NCBI GenBank assembly: GCA_020137815.1
Contig: CM035360.1
Span: forward strand, 2,232,001-2,296,000
From: Hormiphora californensis
Lineage: Eukaryota > Animalia > Ctenophora
Length of the DNA: 64,000 nucleotides
Direction of reading: 5' to 3'
Position 1 is the first letter of the stretch, and every line of letters begins with the position of its first letter. The notes under the pieces were generated by a model. That model was not told the origin of the DNA. It searched no databases and was given only the letters and a program-made list of their open reading frames with translations. Below are positions 1-11,300 of this stretch, one piece after another. The position numbers and the translations under genes are program-made.

Positions 1-752
1 GGGTGAGAGTGTATTTCTGCAGTAAAAAGGGAGATTGGAGAGAGAGAGAGAGAGAGAGAGAGAGCGTTAAACTGGAAAAAAAAAGTTTCTCTCTTGGCGG
101 AGAGAGAGAGGGAGACCGGAGAAGGAATTGTAGTCGGGAGAGATTAAATGTGAACTATGGTTACATAGAGATTAAATGTGAACTATGGTTACATATTATG
201 ATTCGTTTCGGTTTAGTCGCTGGATATACCATGTTCGCTGGGAAAACCCAAGATCGCTCGTTTGAAACGAGATCGGAGAGCTGTGCAAAAAGAGATAAGT
301 CTTGCTGCACAACTGAGTTAGGAAGTGAAAATGGATTTTTTTAATTAGCACAGTGCGTGACTGAGATATCGCGTAGTTTGAGGGGAGAGAGAGATATTGT
401 TTCTCTGTAAAAAAAGATGAGAGAGCGTTAAACTGAGGGGGGGGGGGTGAGAGTGTATTTCTGCAGTAAAAAGGGAGATTGGAGAGAGAGAGAGAGAGAG
501 AGAGAGAGCGTTAAACTGGAAAAAAAAAGTTTCTCTCTTGGCGGGAGAGAGAGAGGGAGAAGGAATTGTAGTCGGGAGAGATTAAATGTGAACTATGGTT
601 ACATAGAGATTAAATGTGAACTATGGTTACATATTATGATTCGTTTCGGTTTAGTCGCTGGATATACCATGTTCGCTGGGAAAACCCAAGATCGCTCGTT
701 TGAAACGAGATCGGAGAGCTGTGCAAAAAGAGATAAGTCTTGCTGCACAACT
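1..752. repeat. Tandem duplication (~444-bp period) with GA microsatellite
   Basis: Positions 1-313 recur at ~445-752; ORFs 3..344 and 447..776 are near-identical translations of the repeat. Confidence 0.85.
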
Positions 753-1069
753 CATGTTGCTATGGCACTGATTTAAATTGTTTTGGGTCCTCTTGATGTG
801 TGCTCACTGCTCCTGCTATCCGATCACATTTCATCTCATCAGAAACCAGGCCCTGTCAGTGTCACATATCTCACAGTCATCAGCTCAGTACACTGCACAG
901 TGTCACATGTTTAAATTACCACACCCATTATTATGGGAGTGTCGAATAGAACTCTAAATCAGATGTCAAACCCAAAGCGTTACGTAAAACACCCGGCCCT
1001 CTTTTGGGAGCAGTTTTTTTACTGTGCTGGCAGTTTGAGATCATTTCGGAACATAATTTAGCAATTCAG

Positions 1070-1204
1070 TCTCCATAGTTACCGATTTAGTTGCCATGGC
1101 AACCATTGAATTGGTGACATATGTGGGAAAAAGAGGGCCACCCGGCGGAGCCGGGTGGGTTATCAAAACGCCCTTACTTGGGGCGCACCCAATGGGTGCG
1201 CTAG
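1070..1204 (+). mobile_element. Helitron-like 3' terminus (diverged second copy at ~17891-18025)
   Basis: GC hairpins CACCCGGCGGAGCCGGGTG and GCGCACCCAATGGGTGCGC run into CTAG followed by T. A related sequence (GTTACC..TTGCCATGGCAAC..GGGTTATCAAAA..CAATGGGTGTGCTAG) lies at 17891-18025. Confidence 0.5.
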
Positions 1205-1832
1205 TTAATATTTAAAGTGGATGATGCACAATTTTTGTGCATACCACGTGTCCCCTACTAAGATTCTTCCCAGTAAACACTGAATACAACTCCTGAAAAT
1301 CTTTAAAAAAAGATAGAAGAAAAGTTTTAGGTATCTTGTCAACCTTTGAAGTGAGAGTGGACCGACGTGAAATCGAGTGAGAATTTTGTAGGTGTAATAG
1401 GATGGTGTGCTAAACAGGTTGACGCATCCAGAATTCCGATTTGGTCAGAGCTTGTCAGCGCTCCCGTTGTTGAAACGGGAGAGTGAGATGCACTTGAACG
1501 TGCAAATAAATGCGTTCGCCACTCTAAAATGCTCAAAAAGTGTGCCTTCAAACGTCCCAAGAAAAGCAGCACCGAAACGCTAAAATTTTCCTTCGCAAAA
1601 TTTCGCGGTCAAACTTCCAACTTTGAAGTTTAAAATAATGCATCCCTCTTGGGGGTATATGCAGCATCGATCGGTCAAAATTGAAATGTTTTAAAGATTC
1701 TTTATTTTGTAGTTCTATGTCCAGCACAGGATCGCCTGGCTCTGATGAAAGAGCTTGGTCATCATCCAGCGTATCTGACGATGATTAATCACATATCTGT
1801 TGAGGATATTGAACTGTGGACATTCACGTTAA

Positions 1833-2282
1833 AGGTTGACAAGATACCTAAAACTTTTCGTATATCGTCTTATTTTGATTTATCATTAATTTTCAGCATT
1901 TTTTCAGAATTTTTTGTCGGCTAGAAATATGTGCAAAATAGGGGGTCTACTGATAAACGAGAGGCGCAATTTAAAAATTGATATCGTAATATCTCCGGTT
2001 CCTGATGAGATACAGAAACCGTTTTGGTAGCGTTGGAAAGGTCTTATTGAGACCAATCCAACGCAACCAAGATCAAGTAGCGATCTTTTGAGGAACCGGA
2101 AACGTGAATTTCAATTTGCGAGACGCAGTGAGTGTGCCCAGTAAAACCAGTGCTGACAATATCGGTAGACCCCCTATTTCGAATTTTTTTCTAGCCGACA
2201 AAAAATTCTAAAAAAATGCTGAAAATTAATGATAAATCAAAATAAGACGATATACGAAAAGTTTTAGGTATCTTGTCAACCT
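1833..2282. mobile_element. 450-bp TTAA-TSD MITE (Kolobok-type), copy 1
   Basis: TIR AGGTTGACAAGATACCTAAAACTTTTCG, TTAA on both sides. Inverted copy at 7553-8002 and a lone end at ~1321-1345. Confidence 0.9.
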
Positions 2283-2307
2283 TTAATCGTGATTAAGCTA
2301 ATTAAAA

Positions 2308-2778
2308 ATGGTAATAGTGAGGAAGCCTTGCGAATGTGGTAACTGTCCAACAGATCTATATACGAATCTCTGCTGCCACCAATTTGATTTTGCCGCAGAT
2401 GTCTCCTACGCCACAACTGTCCAGAAAATCATCAATGATCGGGAAGTCATGTCCCTAGTTTCAAGTCGTTATGACAAAGAATTTCGTCGCCCTGAGGAAA
2501 TCAACACCACAAAATGGAATGCACTGATGAGGCACACGAGTTATGGATTATTTTTGGAAATCTTAGGCTGCGAAACTGTCCCAGAACAAAATTACCTACG
2601 TCCTACATGCATTGTCAAATTTGTAAGAAACTTGTATCCAGACTGTATGGCGGCGCCCATACCCCAATTTGATTCTCAGATGGGGTCGGCGGCGCCAGAC
2701 AGTATCCAGATCCCCACGGAAAATACACTGAATTTAAAGAGGCCAAAGATAATCTCACCAATGAGACCCTGTAGATGA
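2308..2778 (+). CDS. KolX / P2X7 C-terminal ballast-like Zn-binding protein
   Basis: Pattern CxCGNC..LCCHQ..MRHTSYGLF..RPTCIVKFVRNLYP matches the P2X7-ballast/Nanor/KolX pattern; lies inside the Kolobok-like TIRs. Confidence 0.7.
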   Translation: MVIVRKPCECGNCPTDLYTNLCCHQFDFAADVSYATTVQKIINDREVMSLVSSRYDKEFRRPEEINTTKWNALMRHTSYGLFLEILGCETVPEQNYLRPTCIVKFVRNLYPDCMAAPIPQFDSQMGSAAPDSIQIPTENTLNLKRPKIISPMRPCR

Positions 2779-2878
2779 ACTGCCGATTGTTAATCTTGCA
2801 AATAAAATGAAAGTATAATGTTTTTAACACTTTTTAAGAACATTTTATATGTTACCAAGTCCCAAGGGAATTAATTTT

Positions 2879-3115
2879 GAATCAATAAGTTGACCAATCG
2901 GCTGTTTTTGAGTCGCATAGTTTTTGATACAATGAAATAGTGTTTATTTAGGACTGTAGACGACTCGGAGACTCGAAAGTTTGAAACTTTTCAACACTAC
3001 TTTAAACAAATTAATTTGAGCTGATGATGACGTTAAACGTCGAAACCGTCCCGTATTATCTTTCCTGAAATAAATCTCCGAGTCGTCTACAGTCCTAAAT
3101 AAACACTATTTCATT
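2879..3115 (+). mobile_element. Penelope-like pLTR fragment with inverted repeat and hammerhead-like core
   Basis: 12-bp TSD GGAATTAATTTT (2867-2878 and 3116-3127); 41-bp inverted repeat 2931-2971/3075-3115. Confidence 0.6.
3021..3050 (+). ncRNA. Minimal hammerhead ribozyme-like core, possibly degenerate
   Basis: CTGATGA-T-GACG(TTAAA)CGTC-GAAAC-C-GTC; stem I pairing is imperfect. Confidence 0.5.
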
Positions 3116-3286
3116 GGAATTAATTTTATCAATTCTTTTAGATTCATATTTGTAATTGGTTAAAATTTTATTCAATTGGTTAACATGATCGTGTTTATCT
3201 CCTGATATGATATGCAGTTGAATTTGACTTATATACAGTTCTCTTCAAGCATAATCATTATCCACCATCCACTATGTAAGTCGAAT

Positions 3287-4842
3287 ATGCCAAGCTGTGG
3301 AATACCCGGTTGCAACAGACGTTCAACCGATCCAGAAAAATCAACAAGTGTACTAAGGCGCCCCTATTTGAAGTTCTTGAGGATTCCTCGAGGTGCGGAT
3401 CAGAAAACTTGGGAGGAAGCCATCTGTCACAAAGTCACCTTAGAGCATACACGTATCTGCTCCGATCACTTTAGGTAAGAACCTCTAATTTACTTTTACA
3501 TATTTCTCAGGTTTCAGCGACATTTTTCTTGAATTTGTTGCCCAATATATGACGTGTACCGTCCTTTTTCCTTCCCCAGGGAATACAAAATCATATCATT
3601 TCAGGGAAAATCAATTTGATTCACTGTCGGTAAAAAAGCATTGGGATGCCTTCCAAAGAGCTGTAAAGGTTGGAAATCTTGGACCAAATCCTCTTTCACG
3701 TCTAAGTTTAAAACCGGACCAGCTGCCCGACCCAAAGTTGATGCCAAAACTAGTACCGGAATGTAAGTCATAGCTTTCGGTTTGTGCAATGTGCAGTTTG
3801 TATTTTAAGATAAATTTTCATTCCACAAAACTTAACTTATGATTCCATCTTTAACAGTAAATGGACGATACACAGCGGACGGATACATTTGGCCTACAAC
3901 TGAAACACTGGACTATATCGGTACGTTACAATAAAAAAACTGGAAATCACTTCAAATCGATGTATATTATACGTCATTGTTTCCTCCGATTCATAACCAT
4001 TTCATCCCTGCATTAGATAAACTTTCCGGGTTCCAACAAACCGTGCAAGACCAACAAACCGTGCAAGACCAACAACCTGTGCAAAACCAACAACCCGTGC
4101 AAGACCAACAACAACCTGTGCAAGACCAACAAACTGTGCAAAACCAACAAGCCGTGCAAGACCAACAAACCGTGCAAGACCAACAACCTGTGCAAGACCA
4201 ACAACAACCTGAGCCATCCAGATACCAAGCAAATGAGACCAATTCTCCTGTACAAGAAGGTACTTTGTTTGTTTTCGATAGTTTCTGAATCTCTCCCGTT
4301 CATCCTGATGGTGCTCCCCGTTCATCCACTAAGTTTTGTGAGAAAAGACGGTATTCCACTGTTACTTTAAAATTCAAATCATTTACCACATTCCCCATCA
4401 ATATAAACCCTTTCATGTAGGGTCTACAAGTCTTCTGAGAGAGCTGATTGAATGTATTTCTGTCCTCGACTATGAGAACAGAGTGATAAAAGTGAGGAAG
4501 ACGTATGGAGATAGACCCCTTGAAAGAACACCGTTAAGAAGACGGAGAGGTATTAAATAACTTTATGGAAATCAGTTCTAGACTATATAGTCAACCTAGA
4601 TAGATATTTAATGTTACGAATTGTCCAATATTCTAGATAGATATTTAATGTTACGAATTGTCCAATATTCTATATTTTCCTCAGAGACGGATGGTGTTAA
4701 GAGAGATAGTAAACTTAAAGTTGCACGACTGGACACGAATGGTTTCGAAACCCCAGAGAGGTGCGTGGTGAAAGTTTCTCCAAATGCGCTGTCAGAACTC
4801 GCAGTGTTTCTCATTCTCGCGTTTCATCAACGGGACCGCTGA
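3287..4842 (+). CDS. Spliced THAP-domain protein with Gln-rich repeat; exons approx. 3287-3474, 3605-3762, 3858-3920, 4017-4259, 4421-4548, 4686-4842
   Basis: MPSCGIPGC..FLRIP..W..AI..RICSDHF is a THAP C2CH motif; GT-AG introns; (VQDQQP/T)n repeat at ~4037-4210. Confidence 0.65.
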
Positions 4843-4886
4843 CAAGTGCTGCCCAAATCGAAATTCTGGATGCGTCATCCTAGTTA

Positions 4887-5017
4887 TAGGGATCCCTAAA
4901 TAAGTTCAGTATTTACACAGCGTTTACACAGTCTTTACACCCAGAGCGGCGCAGGCGCTCTGCGTGTAACGTCTGTGTAAACGCTGGGTAAATATTGAAC
5001 TTTTTTAGGGATCCTTA
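4887..5017. mobile_element. Small palindromic MITE inserted in the right Kolobok TIR
   Basis: TAGGGATCCCTAAATAAGTTCAGTATTTACACAGCGTTTACACAG and its near-complement interrupt the TIR match. Confidence 0.65.
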
Positions 5018-5381
5018 TTACACTTACAAAATTCTCATTCAATTTCACGTCTGTCCACTCTCACTTTAAATCAAAACTTCCACACAGGGACTGGCTTGAT
5101 TAGGCCCTACACAGTTCACGAGATAGCAATACGGGGGATTAACGAGATTGGGCCGGAATTAAAAACTCAATCAGAGAATCCTGTCCTCCACCCTAGCGAG
5201 ATGAAGGGAGAGGTGATTGAAATGGAAAACGGAAAGTTCTCATTGTAAGTCCCCTTGTAAGTTGAAAATTCTTGATATATAACGTGCAGTGCATGTCAAC
5301 CTTCAGAGAAACCATGTTACCAAGGAATCAACAATTTTGTAAAATCTTGTCAACTAAATATATTCCAAATTCCCTATCAAG

Positions 5382-8300
5382 ATTCGAGACGAAGGAGTTT
5401 AAAGTTGAAGCAGGTCCTCTAGTTCACAGGTTACCCTGTGTTGGTTTTGTCATCACTGAGGCTCCCACACCTGGCAGGTATAACTTCAACCATGATGTCT
5501 CCATCCATCTGTTTACAGAAAATAGAAATCGACTGATTATACTATAAAGCGGAATATCAAATGTTACGTTGACTGATTTAAAATCATATTTTCTTTCAGT
5601 TTGGATGTTTCTAAACTAAAGTTGTTGGGAGTAAAACCGGGTCCGTTGTATGGAAGGATTAAAGCTGGGCACACAATAACAACTGACGAGGGGCAAGAGA
5701 TCACACCTACCATGGTTGTAGGACCTGAGAAACGGGGCAGAAAAATCGGTAAGTACAGGGGGTTAGGGTCTGACTATGGTCTGAAACCCCCTAGGGGCAC
5801 AGAGCTTTTCTGAATCACCTATTCGAGACAAATCCAACGCAACCGGAATTAGCTTTCTATCTTATCGGGAAGTTTGGGCTTGAGCCCCTTCATTTTTGGT
5901 CATTTTTCGGTGCACGAGCCAATCAGAGGCCTGGATTTCGAAATAAATGGGGGGGGGTCAATATTAACAGTCTGATAATCCCCGAGCTGAGCTTAGCCCC
6001 TACTAAACATGTAAACATAACTTATAACCCATTACCAACAACAGTAGTACATACCTGAAAACAATAAACAACTTGCACTTAGTTTGTCAAAATCGTTTGT
6101 GTTGTCAACTGCCAAATAAAAGTGCCCAATACTTTTATTTGACATTTCATGGTCTGTCCGTGCCCCGCAGTCCCCTTCCAAACCCCTACACCACGCAACC
6201 TCCCCTTACACCACGTCGTAGGAAGGCGTTAGACTCCCTTCCCTAACTATTCACTTACTAATTTTATCACACTGTGGTACAAGACTCGACCACGATCCAT
6301 CCTCCTGACAAGTCAGTGTTGCAACTCCAATAAGAATGTGTTGCTTAGCACATTCGATAGTGGTAGTGGTCCCTGTTGGTTGCGTAGTCCAGCTTCCTTG
6401 AGTTGATCCCTCAACAGTAAAGGCGGGACATTCTGAACAGAATAAGCAAGGCGTGAGGTTTATTTTGCACGGGACAAAACATGCTCGGGTACACAGTTTG
6501 GTTCAATATTTTTGAACCAACACCTGTTCCCAAGCTCTGATGACAGTTGATCATGTGCACAGCTAGTTGTCATTAGAGATTTAATTGGAAACCTGTGCAA
6601 GGACATGTAGTTGGTTTCATGTGCTTAGCCCCTACTAATAACTCAGACAGTATTCGGCATTCATCGGGTAGGGGGAATGATAAATCATGTCTAACCTTTA
6701 GGACAGTCTTCTTTCCGGGTAATTTGCCAAAAGTGTTTATCATTTTTGTCAGCTTCCCAATAAATCTTGTCCTCATCCTCTCTAACCCAAAACTTGTAAA
6801 TAAATTGTTGATTTGCATCGTCCGGGAAGTTGATATAACCAGTTCTGAAAAGAAAATTTGGTATCTTTCATCTGCCAGGCATTACTTTAACCATGAGTGT
6901 GGAAAACACATTTTAAAATTTAGAATTTACGACTAAAAAGCGCAAACTTACGGCGGGTAGACAGTTCGGTCGATCACCCCAAAGGCATCGGGTCGTTCAT
7001 TGTCCCAGTACACAGCCGCCTTCTCAGATCCCATGGAAAATATGGTGTCACCATAAAATAGTATGAAGCATCTCGCAACAACCTCTTTGCAACCGCCATC
7101 CTGAGCACAGACACACGCAAAAGATCCCGAGGACTCACAGGTACAGGTTTTTCCAGCGTCATCGACATAGCTGTCGCCTTCACTGTACTCCTTCCCTGAC
7201 TCATCGCTGCATTTTGCTTCAGGGATTACTGAAAATGCAGGGGAGGTGGAATGATTTTTCTCCAGGGGGGGGGGGGGGGGGGGGCTGACCGAAATTTTTG
7301 GTGATGACCTTTTTTCGCAAGCAAAATTTGCTCGATTTTCCCAACGCAACTTCCATACTTCAGGTGGAGCGATAGCGGAGTTTTAGGCGAAAAAGTCAGT
7401 GTTTTGAGCTTTTTTTTTGGCCAAAATCTCAGCCCTCTCTAACCTCGCCCCCTGTACGAATATCAGGGGGGGGGGGGAGTGGCTGCACCCCCTCCGGCCC
7501 CCGGTTCCGCCACTACTGTGAAAATGTGATGATGTTTTTATACCACCCTTAAAGGTTGACAAGATACCTAAAACTTTTCGTATATCGTCTTATTTTGATT
7601 TATCATTAATTTTCAGCATTTTTTTAGAATTTTTTGTCGGCTAGAAAAAAATTCGAAATAGGGGGTCTACCGATATTGTCAGCACTGGTTTTACTGGGCA
7701 CACTCACTGCGTCTCGCAAATTGAAATTCACGTTTCCGGTTCCTCAAAAGATCGCTACTTGATCTTGGTTGCGTTGGATTGGTCTCAATAAGACCTTTCC
7801 AACGCTACCAAAACGGTTTCTGTATCTCATCAGGAACCGGAGATATTACGATATCAATTTTTAAATTGCGCCTCTCGTTTATCAGTAGACCCCCTATTTT
7901 GCACATATTTCTAGCCGACAAAAAATTCTGAAAAAATGCTGAAAATTAATGATAAATCAAAATAAGACGATATACGAAAAGTTTTAGGTATCTTGTCAAC
8001 CTTTAACGGCAGCATTCACCATGGCATAGAAAAATTGGCAGGTGAGTAGAACTTCGCTCCTAATAAAAGGCTGCAATAAAAGGCTGCAATAAAAGGCTGC
8101 AGAAAAAGGCTGCAATAAAAGGCTGCAATAAAAGGCTGCAATAACAGGGTGTGAACTGCATGTCGTGTTTGCTAGTCGCGAGCGCGCTTGCGAGACAAGT
8201 AAACACGTCAAGGTTCATTAACAAGCATGCTGCTCAGTCATTTTAGATTTAATACACAATGTAAGGATACCATGTAATAGGTGAGACTCTTGCCGTCACC

Positions 8301-11300
8301 CTCGTTCAAGTCCCGTGAAAAACGGAGCAGTACACGCAAACTGATGCCCATTTTCCTCGCGTGACCCCGATTCAGCAGTTTGAGACACCAACTCTTTAGG
8401 GGGCCATATCTCAGGAACCAGACAAGATAGGAAAAATCGCCGTCTAACGAGGCGTACAGTTTTTAATCTAGTTTACCACTGTACCGGCCGTTTCACTCTC
8501 CGACCTAAAACAAAAATCGCAACCCCACAAAACTTCAAAATAATGAAATTCGCATCTCGCATGTCGTGTTGCATGTCGTGTCATGTTATTGACGCGCTCG
8601 CGTTCAACTCTCACACAGCAGCTGCAGAACATGGCGGGAAACATCGAGGAGTAGAGAGAGGGTCGGTACCGAATCAAATATTTCTTGATCTTGATCTACT
8701 CCATCTCTCAGCTATCCTACCCCTCATCAACTCGATCTCTCAGCTACCCTACCCCTCATCTACTCCATCTTTCAGCTACCCTACCCCTCATCTACTCCAT
8801 CTTTCAGCTACCCTACCCCTTATCTAGTCCATCTCTCAGCTACCCTACTCCTCATCTACTCCATCTCTCAGCTTCCCTATTAGGGAAGCATAGAGATGGA
8901 AACGATTAGGGGTAGGGAATCCCTATCCATAATCGTTTCCATCTCTATGCTTCCCTAGCCCTCATCAACTCCATCTTTCAGCTACCCTACCCCTAATCTA
9001 GTCCATCTCTCCGCTACCCTACTCCTCATCTACTCCATCTCTCAGCTACCCTACCTCCCATTTACTCCATCTCTCAGCTACCCTACCTCCCATTTACTCC
9101 ATCTCTCAGCTTCCCTACCTCCCATTTACTCCATCTCTCAGCTTACCTACCTCCCATTTACTCCATATCTCAGCTTCCCTAACTGCCATTTACTCCATCT
9201 TTCAGATACCCTACCTCCCATTTACTCCATCTCTCAGCTTACCTACCTCCCAATTACTCCATCTCTCAGCTTCCCTACCTCCCATTTACTCCATCTCTCA
9301 GCTTCCCTACCTCCCATTTACTCCATCTCTCAGCTACCCAACCTCCCATTCACTCCATCTATCAGCTACCCTACCTCCCATTTACTCCATCTCTCAGCTT
9401 CCCTACCTCCCATTTACTCCATCTCTTAGCTTACCTACCTCCCATTTACTCCATATCTCAGCTTCCCTACCTCCCATTTACTCCATCTCTCAGATACCCT
9501 ACCTCCCATTTACTCCATCTCTCAGCTTACCTACCTTCCATTTACTCCATCTCTCAGCTTCCCTACCTCCCATTTACTCTATCCCTCAGCTACCCTACCT
9601 CCCATTTGATCCATCTCTCAGCTTCCCTACCTCCCATTTACTCCATTTCTCAGCTTCCCTACCTCTCATTTACTTACTCCATCTCTCAGCTACCCTACCT
9701 CTCATTTAGTACTCCATCTCTCAGCTACCCTACCTCCCATTTACTCCATCTCTCAGCTTCCCTACCTCCCATTTACTCCATCTCTCAGCTTCCCTACCTC
9801 CCATTTACTCCATCTCTCAGCTACCTTACCTTCCATTTACTCCATCTCTCAGCTTCCCTTCCTCCCATTTACTCCATCTCTCAGCTACCCTACCTCCCAT
9901 TTACTCCATCTCTCAGCTTCCCTACCTCCCATTTACTCCATCTCTCAGCTTCCCTACCTCCCATTTACTCCATCTCTCAGGGGTAGGAATAGTTAGGATA
10001 AATGAGAGATGGAGTAAATGGGAGGTAGGGAAGCTGAGAGATGGAGTAAATGGGAGGTAGGGAAGCTGAGAGATGGAGTAAATGGGAGGTAGGGAAGGTA
10101 AGCGATGGAGTAAATGGGAGGAAGGGAAGCTGAAAGATGGAGTAAATGGGAGGTAGGGAAGCTGAGAGATGGAGTAAATGGGAGGTAGGGTAGCTGAGAG
10201 ATGGAGTAAATGGGAGGTAGGGAAGTTGAGAGATGGAGTAAATGGGAGGTAGGGAAGCTGAGGGATGGAGTAAATGGGAGGTAGGGAAGCTGAGAGATGG
10301 AGTAAATGGGAGGTAGGGAAGCTGAGAGATGGAGTAAATGGGTGGTAGGGTAGCTGAGAGATGGAGTGAATGGGAGGTAGGGTAGCTGAGAGATGGAGTA
10401 AATGGGAGGCAGGGATGGAGTAAATGGGAGGTAGGGAAGCTGAGAGATGGAGTAAATGGGAGGTAGGGTAGCTGAGAGATGGAGTAAATGGGAGGAAGGG
10501 AAGCTGAGAGATGGAGTAAATGGAAGGTAAGGTAGCTGTGAGATGGAGTAAATGGGAGGTAGGGAAGCTGAGAGATGGAGTAAATGGGAGGTAGGGAAGC
10601 TGAGAGATGGAGTAAATGGGAGGTAGGGTAGCTGAGAGATGGAGTACTAAATGAGAGGTAGGGAAGCTGAGAGATGGAGTAAATGGGAGGTAGGGAAGCT
10701 GAGAGATGGAGTGAATGGGAGGTTGGGTAGCTGAGAGATGGAGTAAATGGGAGGTAGGGAAGCTGAGAGATGGAGTAAATGAGAGGTAGGGAAGCTGAGA
10801 GATGGAGTAAATGGGAGGTAGGTAAGCTGAGAGATGGAGTAAATGGGAGGTAGGGAAGCTGAGAGATGGAGTAAATGGGAGGTAGGGAAGCTGAGAGATG
10901 GAGTAAATGGGAGGTAGGGTAGCTGAGAGATGGAGTAGATGAGGAGTAGGGTAGCGGAGAGATGGACTAGATTAGGGGTAGGGTAGCTGAAAGATGGAGT
11001 TGATGAGGGCTAGGGAAGCATAGAGATGGAAACGATTATGGATAGGGATTCCCTACCCCTAATCGTTTCCATCTCTATGCTTCCCTAATAGGGAAGCTGA
11101 GAGATGGAGTAGATGAGGAGTAGGGTAGCTGAGAGATGGACTAGATAAGGGGTAGGGTAGCTGAAAGATGGAGTAGATGAGGGGTAGGGTAGCTGAAAGA
11201 TGGAGTAGATGAGGGGTAGGGTAGCTGAGAGATCGAGTTGATGAGGGGTAGGATAGCTGAGAGATGGAGTAGATCAAGATCAAGAAATACTTGATTCGGC

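Larger units (their letters stand above)
1350..5065 (+). mobile_element. Kolobok-like DNA transposon, non-autonomous (no DDE domain seen)
   Basis: Imperfect TIRs of ~100 bp starting AGTGAGAGTGGACnGACGTGAAAT, flanked by TTGA/TTAA. Encodes THAP and KolX-like proteins, which are the Kolobok hallmarks. Confidence 0.75.

Noticed and set aside
8690-11280. ORFs over the 32-bp array; possible CRISPR-like array
   Set aside because: These are repeat translations. The units are contiguous with no unique spacers, and the context is eukaryotic.
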